The position numbers and the translations under genes are program-made. The notes under the pieces were generated by a model that made no database searches, was not told where the DNA came from, and saw only the letters and a list, made by a program, of their open reading frames with translations. Positions 16,567 through 23,581 of a DNA stretch of 40,712 nt are shown in pieces. Every line of letters starts with the position of its first letter. Position 1 is the first letter of the stretch. Source of the stretch: Candidatus Peregrinibacteria bacterium (lineage in GTDB: Bacteria > Patescibacteriota > Gracilibacteria > Peribacterales > Peribacteraceae); the NCBI GenBank assembly GCA_016201685.1, contig JACQCJ010000058.1, positions 1-40,712 of the forward strand, given 5' to 3'.

Positions 16567-16902
16567 CTAGAGTGATGAGAGCGTTTTCTGCAGTGCGTTT
16601 TTGAGCTCGGGGAGATCCTCTTCGTATGTCTGCCACAACGTTTACAAATCGGCTTCGAAATAATGATGGATGAGTTTGTTGCGCATCCCGATAATGTCGC
16701 GAAAGGGAATGGCAGCATGTTTCGTGCGAAAGTCGTCAGTCAAATTACCTGCCGCTTCACCGAGAATTTCGAAGAGACGAACAATGGCATGCATGCGCAT
16801 TGGTTCGCTGACGAACTGCGCATACGAAATATCATGAAGAATCACGTCGATCTCATCGATAGCATCTACCATATGCCGTATGAAAACTTCATCGGTGGTC
16901 AT
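16567..16902 (-). pseudogene. hepT: HepT (DUF86, HEPN-type RNase toxin) interrupted by an in-frame TAA at 16642-16644
   Basis: The 86-aa ORF ends ...GMRNKLIHHYFEADL* (RX4HXY motif present). The same frame continues after the TAA as TLWQTYEEDLPELKNALQKTLSSL*, which is the expected HepT C-terminus. The ATGA start overlaps the upstream MNT stop. Confidence 0.75.
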
Positions 16903-17204
16903 GTGACGGCCTCGAAAATCGATTCTGCTTCGCGTAAGACATCGGAGCGAAAGTACTTACTCAAGCTCATCGGAGTGGAGAGGTCAACTTTGCTTCCCAA
17001 TGCATCACTCAACTCTCTCTCCATGCGCACGATCTTCAGCATACTCATCGGTCTGGAGAACTCGATCAAGAGATCGATGTCACTCTGCGTATTCGCATCG
17101 CCGTGCAATTGCGAACCGAACAATGCTATGCGACGCACGTTCCCGCGGTACGGGGAATGCATGAGCGCTTTTCGCAATTGTTTCTGAATGTCCTCCTTTT
17201 TCAT
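16899..17204 (-). CDS. mntA: MNT-type nucleotidyltransferase antitoxin (MntA-like)
   Basis: 101 aa from the ATG at 17202-17204: ...RRIALFGSQLHGDANTQSDIDLLIEF.. has the GS(X)n DxD minimal NT motif. It is paired with the downstream DUF86 gene. Confidence 0.85.
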   Translation of the reverse strand: MKKEDIQKQLRKALMHSPYRGNVRRIALFGSQLHGDANTQSDIDLLIEFSRPMSMLKIVRMERELSDALGSKVDLSTPMSLSKYFRSDVLREAESIFEAVT

Positions 17205-17211
17205 GCTGATG

Positions 17212-17217
17212 AGTGTA
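17212..17217 (-). promoter_or_regulatory. -10 box for the mntA-hepT operon (leaderless geometry)
   Basis: The minus strand reads TACACT, then 7 nt (CATCAGC), then ATG (17204). Confidence 0.35.
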
Positions 17218-17256
17218 TCACGCTCTGTGGCTGCGATGAAACAACAAGGAACGACT

Positions 17257-18282
17257 TTATTCTTCCGGAATTCCATTGGGGAATAGTTCCCGCTCAATCG
17301 CTTTGGTTCGCTCGCACCAGTCCTTCGCATCCTCCGCCAGCGATGTGTTGCCGTAGCGGCGTGAGAAATCCGCGAAGCGCTCCTCGAGTGAGACGATGCG
17401 GTCCACCGCCAGCCGCTTATCGGCGTAGAAGAGGAGCTTTTGCTCAATCGTCGCTTCGATGGATGGGGGAAGAGTGAGGCCGTGCGTTGCGACGATGGTT
17501 CCCAGTGCTTCGAAGCCTCCTTCCCGGAGGAATTTCTCGCATGCGGCTTCGTGGTGCATTCCGGAATAGTGTTCTTTGAGTGAGCGCCAACGTTCGCGCT
17601 CTTCGTCCGTTGCGCGGAATCCCTCGGGGCTTGCGCCGTTGCGGAAGTCGATGCTCCGCAGCAGATCGTGGACGCGGGCCGCTCGCCGCAATGCCTCCCG
17701 ACGCACGATCATCGCTCTGGTCTCCATCAGCAATTGCGCGCAGCGATCGACGAACGCGGCGACGGCATCGCAGTGCGCGGCGATGTGCGGGGGCAGCGCC
17801 ATTTCCCTGCGCCATTCGTTGATTTCTTCGTTCGTCGGAAGCGGGAGATCTTCGAAGGAGCAGGAGAGTGTGCGTCCGTTCTTGTGATGATCGTTGAGCG
17901 TCACGCACAGAGAAGGATGGATCAGTTCCCGCCAATTGGAGCCAAGGCGGCCGGGCCACTCGATGCACCGGATCGCTGCTTGATGGTCGCTCTCAAGGAC
18001 GAGTCGCTTCGCATCCGCTTCGGAGAGTCTGTACAGATCGATGTGGGTCAGCATCCCGTGCGCAGTCGCGTACCGTTGTTCGAGCGCGTACGTGGGACTC
18101 GTCACGGCGCCGCGAACGCCGAGTGCTTGGGCAAACCCCCGGAGGAACGTCGTCTTGCCCGCGCCAAGGTATCCTTCGAGAGCAATGGTGAGAGGAAATG
18201 TGTACAGCGTGTGCGCCAACGACCGCCCTGCGAGATGTGTGGAATCGGCATCCGGAAGCCAGAATGTGCAGAAATCGATCAT
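17257..18282 (-). CDS. tsaE: tRNA t6A37 biosynthesis ATPase TsaE fused to a C-terminal HD-domain
   Basis: N-terminus: LTIALEGYLGAGKTTFLRGFAQALGVRGAVTSPTYALEQRY....HIDLYRL (TsaE/YjeE signature). C-terminal half: HIAAHCDAVAAFV...RVHDLLRSID...IVATHG (HD-like). Start chosen at MIDFCTF (18282) because the longest start would abut the divergent gene. Confidence 0.8.
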   Translation of the reverse strand: MIDFCTFWLPDADSTHLAGRSLAHTLYTFPLTIALEGYLGAGKTTFLRGFAQALGVRGAVTSPTYALEQRYATAHGMLTHIDLYRLSEADAKRLVLESDHQAAIRCIEWPGRLGSNWRELIHPSLCVTLNDHHKNGRTLSCSFEDLPLPTNEEINEWRREMALPPHIAAHCDAVAAFVDRCAQLLMETRAMIVRREALRRAARVHDLLRSIDFRNGASPEGFRATDEERERWRSLKEHYSGMHHEAACEKFLREGGFEALGTIVATHGLTLPPSIEATIEQKLLFYADKRLAVDRIVSLEERFADFSRRYGNTSLAEDAKDWCERTKAIERELFPNGIPEE

Positions 18283-18310
18283 TGACCAAATACGTGTTAT
18301 ATGATAATAT
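18282..18310 (+). promoter_or_regulatory. Near-consensus sigma70-type promoter for the M23 peptidase gene
   Basis: TTGACC (18282-18287), 17-nt spacer, TAATAT (18305-18310). ATG 18328 is 17 nt downstream. Confidence 0.5.
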
Positions 18311-18327
18311 GAGAATGTAAACAAACT

Positions 18328-19779
18328 ATGACATCACGCACTCCACGAGGGACGGGATTTGCCACGAAAGCGATGCATCGGAGACGCGAGCCGACGGCAC
18401 TGCACTTCCTCTCCGAGCGGACGACATTCTGGATTGCCGCGCTCTCGGTGATCGCGTTCGTGACGGGAAACATGATGGCGGCGAACGGATGGTACCTGTT
18501 CTGGAAGTCGGTGCTGGGTGACTTCGATGATAGCGGGATTTATTACGATGGCCCAACGTCGCCTGTTCCGGAGTTTCCGAATCCCTTTGAATGGTCGAAG
18601 TACGGAGGTGACTTTCATGCCAATACGTTCCGAGAAGCACCGAAAGATGTTCTCCAGCCTTTGCCGATATACGTTCCGTGCGATCAGCGTGCTTCGAATG
18701 ATACATTGGCCAATAACATTTATTCCGTCGATTTCCGCGGAAAGTATCTCACTGGTTGCGGAAACGGGAGTCATCCCGGCATCGATATTCGTCTCCCCGT
18801 GGGAACGCCCGTGGTGTCCATCATGAATGGCATTATTCATAAAGTCGGAAATGATCCGGCGGGCTACGGCAATTATCTTATCGTGAAGTATCCACGAGTC
18901 CCCGATCCGCGCGATCCTTCCAAGAATACAGTGCTCTATGGAGTCTACGCCCATCTGAGTGCGACCCTCGTGGCCGAGGGAGATATCGTCAAAAAGGGTC
19001 AGGAGATCGGTGCGAGCGGGGAATCGGGGGATGCCACGGGACCGCACCTCCACCTTGCACTGCAGTACGCCGCGAAACCCTACTGGCCCTTCACTTCAGC
19101 GGATGCGAAGGCCGCAGGAATGACTTTCGATCAAGCCGTGAATGCCGGTCTCAATCGTGACAACATCTTCGATAATGCAACGAATCCGCTGCTCTACGTT
19201 CAGGCGAACTACCCCGTGGTCGTCGGCAGCGCATCGTCCACGACGGTCGTTGCGCGCGCCTCTACACGCGTTTCTCCTGTGAGGTCGCAGACCCCGTCCT
19301 TGCAGACCTTCGCGCAGCAGCGCTTGGCATTGAGAAAAGCGAGGCAACAGCATGCGATGCTTGATCGTTCGGCCGTGGTGGACAGTGTTCCCGTCGTGTT
19401 TCCTCTTGCTTCCTCGACCCCAAACTCGACGGTTGTTGTGAGCCCACCCACTCCGCTGCCTGTTGCCGCTGGCACCTTCAGCTCCATCGAGATGGTCGTG
19501 GGATCCACCTTCACGCCGGGAGAGTGGATGCCGCTGCGTTTGGTGCTTCTGGATGAACAAGGACACGTCGTCGAGCATCCATCCTTCACGACTGATCTCT
19601 ATATGCGCACGGCCTACGGCAGGGCCACCTTCGATCCACCCGTGCTCTCGACGTTCAATTTCAAGAACGGCGTTGCGGATCTTCGCATGAAAGGAGAGGG
19701 CAATAAGACGGTTGTGATTGTTGTCATGCCGCAGAATATGTTGATCAACAAGCCGATCCGGTCGGCGATGGCACGATGA
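18328..19779 (+). CDS. Membrane-anchored M23 (LytM-type) metallopeptidase with extended C-terminal domain
   Basis: TM anchor FWIAALSVIAFVTGNMM. M23 core: GSHPGIDIRLPVGTPVVSIMNGIIHKVGNDPAGYGNYLIVKY...GVYAHLS...GDIVKKGQEIGASGESGDATGPHLHLAL. Confidence 0.85.
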   Translation: MTSRTPRGTGFATKAMHRRREPTALHFLSERTTFWIAALSVIAFVTGNMMAANGWYLFWKSVLGDFDDSGIYYDGPTSPVPEFPNPFEWSKYGGDFHANTFREAPKDVLQPLPIYVPCDQRASNDTLANNIYSVDFRGKYLTGCGNGSHPGIDIRLPVGTPVVSIMNGIIHKVGNDPAGYGNYLIVKYPRVPDPRDPSKNTVLYGVYAHLSATLVAEGDIVKKGQEIGASGESGDATGPHLHLALQYAAKPYWPFTSADAKAAGMTFDQAVNAGLNRDNIFDNATNPLLYVQANYPVVVGSASSTTVVARASTRVSPVRSQTPSLQTFAQQRLALRKARQQHAMLDRSAVVDSVPVVFPLASSTPNSTVVVSPPTPLPVAAGTFSSIEMVVGSTFTPGEWMPLRLVLLDEQGHVVEHPSFTTDLYMRTAYGRATFDPPVLSTFNFKNGVADLRMKGEGNKTVVIVVMPQNMLINKPIRSAMAR

Positions 19780-19836
19780 GATTCCTTGACAAGCGGCTGG
19801 TCGCAGAAAAGCGCCAGAATCCACGTTTCCAATTTC

Positions 19837-19902
19837 CAAACAATTCAACAAGAGACCAGGTTTGAAATCTCAAACGGTTCTTGATGATTGATGAATTGTT
19901 TG
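19837..19902. repeat. 66-nt palindromic MITE-like repeat (CAAACAATTC...GAATTGTTTG), copy 1
   Basis: Its reverse complement matches 32644-32708 at about 86% by my hand alignment. Termini are inverted repeats CAAACAATTCA.CAA / TTGATGAATTGTTTG. It is intergenic. Confidence 0.8.
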
Positions 19903-19980
19903 AGCGAAGTCATACTTTCTCTCCCAACAATTTCTCGTCAACCTTCACTCCATGACGTTTTGCGAGTTCCACGAACATCG

Positions 19981-20280
19981 CTACCTGTTCCTTTTATTGA
20001 AAGCAAGTTTATATTGTTTGCCTGAACGAAAATGCAAATAAAGATAGGACAATGGCGTGAGCGCGGACCAGTAGGAAGGCGCGGCCTTGGCGGATTCAAT
20101 TTCAGAAAATGGATACTGCTTTGTTCTCCAAAGAACATTGTTCGTCATCCCACTTTCGTCAATTTCCACTGCCGATGTTTTCCTTAGAGCCCACAGGAAT
20201 GGTGAGAGATATTCCCACCATCGAGGGATAATGGGGGTGACTTCTTGTAGTACTCCCATGAGCAAACGCTTTTGAGGCAT
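19981..20280 (-). CDS. Hypothetical protein (99 aa) in an AT-rich patch; possibly the frameshifted remainder of a TM-anchored protein
   Basis: ORF MPQKRLLMGVLQ...VEIDESGMTNNVLWRTKQYPFSEIES...LYLHFRSGKQYKLAF. The overlapping ORF 20159..20353 in another frame starts with a TM helix (MNLITFYVFLLGFTLQSVY), which could be its original N-terminus. Confidence 0.35.
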   Translation of the reverse strand: MPQKRLLMGVLQEVTPIIPRWWEYLSPFLWALRKTSAVEIDESGMTNNVLWRTKQYPFSEIESAKAAPSYWSALTPLSYLYLHFRSGKQYKLAFNKRNR

Positions 20281-20495
20281 TGTTAGAGAGAAACTTGTAT
20301 ACCGATTGTAGTGTAAAACCTAACAAGAAAACATAAAAAGTGATCAGATTCATCTGAGGAGCGGTTATTGACTGTCTTTCAGGAATTATCTCTTCTCAAT
20401 CTATTTGTCGGTTGGTCGCACGAAAGTTGGTCAGAGTCTTCTTGCAATTTTTCTCCGACCTCGGTTCCGAAGCAATTTCCTCGATGATCTCTGCA

Positions 20496-20843
20496 TCACA
20501 GGAATCCTTGTTCATCGATCATCGGCAGCAAGTGGATCGCGGGTTCCTCATAGGGATGCACCTTTCTGGCTGCGGCAAGAATTTCTCTGACCTTCTTCTT
20601 CGGCGTCGCAGGGATCACGACTTCGATCCGTTCCTCTTCCACCTCTTCGAGTTTTTCTGTTTTTCCAATCGCAGGATGCGCGCCCTTCTGCGGCCGAAAT
20701 CGCCCGGTCCCGCGCATCGAGAACGAACAGCTGTCGTAGTGGCCGATTCTGCCCGCACCCGCCGCCGCGAGCGCATTGCGGACGATCTGCGCATGCGTCA
20801 CGGGAACGTAGACGATCAGGTGGTAGAAGGGGAGGCGAGACAT
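20496..20843 (-). CDS. YqfO/NIF3-insert-like PII-fold protein (COG3323-type)
   Basis: FYHLIVYVPVTHAQIVRNALAAAGAGRIGHYDSCSFSMRGTGRFRPQKGAHPAIGKTEKLEEVEEERIEVVI......AARKVHPYEEPAIHLLPM matches the family pattern as I remember it. Confidence 0.7.
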   Translation of the reverse strand: MSRLPFYHLIVYVPVTHAQIVRNALAAAGAGRIGHYDSCSFSMRGTGRFRPQKGAHPAIGKTEKLEEVEEERIEVVIPATPKKKVREILAAARKVHPYEEPAIHLLPMIDEQGFL

Positions 20844-20846
20844 GAG

Positions 20847-20932
20847 AATTGCGAAGGGCGAAGGGCGAGTTGCGAATGACGAATTGTGAGAGCGGCCATG
20901 TCATCCTGAGCCTGTCGAAGGGTGGCCGCCGA
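20847..20932. repeat. Composite MITE-like element: GCGAA-rich arm plus 43-nt hairpin core (copy A)
   Basis: GAATTGCGAAGGGCGAAGGGCGAGTTGCGAATGACGAATTG followed by TGAGAGCGGCCATGTCATCCTGAGCCTGTCGAAGGGTGGCCGC (20888-20930). The reverse complement of the core matches 35137-35179 at 41/43. Confidence 0.85.
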
Positions 20933-20942
20933 TTCTGTGACA

Positions 20943-22001
20943 TTATTCGTGCTGTTTCTTGGGACGAGAATACCAGGAGAGGAACAACATCAGAGCGAAG
21001 AGCACGAGGGCGGCGAGGAACTTCTGGAACGTGGAGAGGAAGAGGGCGCTCAGCCCGAAGAGCGTGCCGATGCCAGCCGTGAGCGCGATCACCTGGCGCG
21101 GTGTCCATCCTTTGAGAAGCAGCCGATGATGCAGATGCTCGTCCTTGGCATCGCCCCGGACGATGGATTTCCCTTTCAGGATGCGACGCGCTATCACGAG
21201 GACGAAGTCGATGAGCGGTACGCCGAGCACCAGGAACGCCGTCGCCACCTTCCCGCCCGAATAGATGGTGAGGATCCCGATGAGGAGGCCGAAGAACATC
21301 GCACCCGTGTCGCCCAGCACGGCTCTGGGCGGCGGGAACGTGAAGAGAAGGCTCGCGCCTGCGATGCCGGCGAGAACGAAGGCGAGTATGGCCAACGAAG
21401 GCTGATCGACTCTCGCGCTTACGGCCAAGAGACCGATCGTCAAGAAGGCGATCATGGAGAGGACGCTCACCTGTCCCGGGATGCCGTCGAACCAGTTGAG
21501 GGCGTTGATCGTGAGGCCGAGCCACAGCACCGTGAAAATACCGCTCCACACGGGGAGAGATCCGAAGATGGGAACGGTCACGGTCAGGCGATCGAGTGGA
21601 ATGATCGGGCCGCCGATCGCGATGCTCGCCAAAGGATTCGTGAGCGTGTAGATGCGCGCCCCGCTCACAAAGATGAGAAGGGCGACGGGTGCGTGCACGC
21701 CCGCGCGGACAGTGGGGGGGAGGGGAGTGCGGTCATCGATGATCGTTGTGACGGCGAGCAGAAGAACGCCGATGAGGATTCCTCGCGCCTCCATTGTCCC
21801 CTCCGCGAGAGCCGGGAAGAAGATCAGGAAGGTGAGGACGGCGATGATCCCGAGCGGGTAGGGGAGTCGCTCTCGTGCCAGACCATACCGCTTGGGAAAA
21901 TCGAGGAGACCGAGGCGCGGAAATACCCGTATGGCGATGGCATTCAGCGCCACGGCAACGGCGAAGGCCAGGAGGAACAGCTCGAAGAAGAGCATCGTCA
22001 T
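20943..22001 (-). CDS. Glycosyltransferase family 4 polyprenyl-phosphate sugar-1-phosphate transferase (WecA/MraY family)
   Basis: About 10 TM segments. DDRTPLP, NALNWFDGIPG (NxxNxxDGxDG), AVLGDTGAMFFG, HLHHRLL motifs. Start taken at MTMLFFELF (22001) because the longer start runs into the upstream repeat. Confidence 0.85.
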   Translation of the reverse strand: MTMLFFELFLLAFAVAVALNAIAIRVFPRLGLLDFPKRYGLARERLPYPLGIIAVLTFLIFFPALAEGTMEARGILIGVLLLAVTTIIDDRTPLPPTVRAGVHAPVALLIFVSGARIYTLTNPLASIAIGGPIIPLDRLTVTVPIFGSLPVWSGIFTVLWLGLTINALNWFDGIPGQVSVLSMIAFLTIGLLAVSARVDQPSLAILAFVLAGIAGASLLFTFPPPRAVLGDTGAMFFGLLIGILTIYSGGKVATAFLVLGVPLIDFVLVIARRILKGKSIVRGDAKDEHLHHRLLLKGWTPRQVIALTAGIGTLFGLSALFLSTFQKFLAALVLFALMLFLSWYSRPKKQHE

Positions 22002-22038
22002 GATGATGAAGTTCTCGGTCAATGATGACAAGAGGGGA

Positions 22039-22133
22039 ATGGCGAGTTGCAAATTGCGAGTTGCGAATTTCTTCCATCATTCGCAATTTGCCTGCCCTGA
22101 GCCGAGTCGAAGGGCCCTTCGCCCTTCGCAATT
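22039..22133. repeat. Composite GCGAA-arm / CCTGAGC..TCGAAGG element (copy B)
   Basis: GGCGAGTTGCAAATTGCGAGTTGCGAATTTCTTCCATCATTCGCAATTTGCCTGCCCTGAGCCGAGTCGAAGGGCCCTTCGCCCTTCGCAATTCC. Same building blocks as 20847-20932 and 35136-35234. Confidence 0.75.
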
Positions 22134-22145
22134 CCTAAGCTCCAT

Positions 22146-22174
22146 TTGTTTCCTCCTCCCATGCTCGATACACT
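22146..22174 (+). promoter_or_regulatory. Promoter of pgk with leaderless geometry
   Basis: TTGTTT (22146-22151), 17-nt spacer, TACACT (22169-22174), then 7 nt to ATG 22182. Confidence 0.45.
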
Positions 22175-22181
22175 GTCAGTC

Positions 22182-23378
22182 ATGGTCAAGTACCGTACCC
22201 TCGATGATGCCGATCTGAAGGGCAAGCGCGTGCTCCTGCGGGCTGGCTTCGATGTTGCGATCGAAAAAGGGAAAGTGATGGATCTGGAGCGCATCGAGGC
22301 TCTCATTCCCACCATGAAGCGCATCCTTAAGAGCGGATCCCTCGTCATTCTCTCCCACCAGGGCCGCCCGAAGGGGAAGAAGCTTGTTGAATTCAGCCAG
22401 AAGCCGATCGTGCCCGTACTCGAGAAACTCCTCAAGCGCCCCGTTCGCTTCGCCGAGCGTTGCACGGGTGCCGCCACGGAGACGATGGCGAACGCTCTCA
22501 AGAACGGCGAGGTGCTCTTCCTCGAGAACCTCCGCTTCGATCCGGGGGAGGAGAAGAACGATACGGCGTTCGCCAAGAAGCTTGCGGCCCTCGGGGACAT
22601 CTACGTCAACGATGCCTTCACGAATTGCCACCGCGCGCATGCGAGCATGGTCGCGCTGGGCAAGCTCCTTCCGGCATTCATGGGCTTGCAATTGCAGAAG
22701 GAAGTGCACGAGCTCTCGCGCGTCACGGAACACCCCAAGCACCCCCTCACGCTCATCATCAGCGGCGCGAAGATGGAGACGAAGATTCCCGTGATCGAAC
22801 GGTTCTTGAGCAAGGGGGACGATATTCTGCTGGGCGGCTGCATTGCCAACACCTTCATCGCTGCGCGAGGGTTCGATGTTGGTGGATCCAAATACGAGGA
22901 AGATGCCATTGAGCATGCGATGGAGTTCATGCTGGAGGCGGAGAAGAAGGATCAGGCGGACATTCACGTGCCGCGAGACGTCGTGCTGGCGAGCGCAGCC
23001 GTCGAAGGGGCTCCGAAAATCGATTTGCCCGTGGAGGACATCGAGGGGGACATGAGCATCTTCGATATCGGCAAAGTGACGATCGAGCGCTACTGCCGCG
23101 TCATCGCCAAGGCGAAGATGATCGTCTGGAACGGACCCCTCGGACTCTACGAAATCAATCGCTTCTCCCACGCCACCAAGCGCATCGCCGAGGCCGTTGC
23201 GGCGGCGACCAAGTGCGGTGCCACCTCTATCATCGGCGGCGGCGACACGATCGATTTCCACGTACGCTACCGTTATCCCCTCGATGTCTACAGCTTCGTG
23301 AGCACCGGCGGGGGCGCGATGCTGGAATTCATTGCGGGGAAGCCGTTACCGGCTCTTCAGCCACTCGTCATTCGCTGA
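22182..23378 (+). CDS. pgk: Phosphoglycerate kinase
   Basis: MVKYRTLDDADLKGKRVLLRAGFDV.....RIEALIPTMKRIL..GSLVILSHQGRPKG...FLENLRFDPGEEKND..FAKKLA.LGDIYVNDAFTNCHRAHAS...IIGGGDT. 398 aa from ATG 22182. Confidence 0.95.
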   Translation: MVKYRTLDDADLKGKRVLLRAGFDVAIEKGKVMDLERIEALIPTMKRILKSGSLVILSHQGRPKGKKLVEFSQKPIVPVLEKLLKRPVRFAERCTGAATETMANALKNGEVLFLENLRFDPGEEKNDTAFAKKLAALGDIYVNDAFTNCHRAHASMVALGKLLPAFMGLQLQKEVHELSRVTEHPKHPLTLIISGAKMETKIPVIERFLSKGDDILLGGCIANTFIAARGFDVGGSKYEEDAIEHAMEFMLEAEKKDQADIHVPRDVVLASAAVEGAPKIDLPVEDIEGDMSIFDIGKVTIERYCRVIAKAKMIVWNGPLGLYEINRFSHATKRIAEAVAAATKCGATSIIGGGDTIDFHVRYRYPLDVYSFVSTGGGAMLEFIAGKPLPALQPLVIR

Positions 23379-23581
23379 TGAGTTCCTGTTTCGGTGTTTT
23401 TTGCGGTATGGTTCCGTGGTGCAGCAGACAGAGACATCCATCCTTCGGCCCGGTGAAGAGCGAGAGCTTGCGGATGAGAGCGGTGTGAAGATGGGACCGC
23501 CAGACCCAGAAAAAATCCAGAATTTTGGAAAAGTATCGATCCGAAGAATCTTTGACTTCATTCCCTTTCTCTTTTTCTTGC

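Noticed and set aside
16642-16644. The in-frame TAA in hepT as evidence for stop-codon reassignment or an alternative genetic code.
   Set aside because: TAA terminates other well-conserved ORFs at their expected ends (for example the xer-like gene at 27657-27659 and the 28140 gene). TGA and TAG do so as well. A local nonsense mutation or readthrough is more parsimonious.
20847-20888. Tandem GCGAA-type heptamers (also at 22039-22093, 35190-35234, 40588-40660) considered as a CRISPR array or a tandem-repeat regulatory array.
   Set aside because: The units are about 7 nt, degenerate, lack spacers, and are arranged as inverted arms of palindromic elements. This matches REP/MITE behaviour, not CRISPR.
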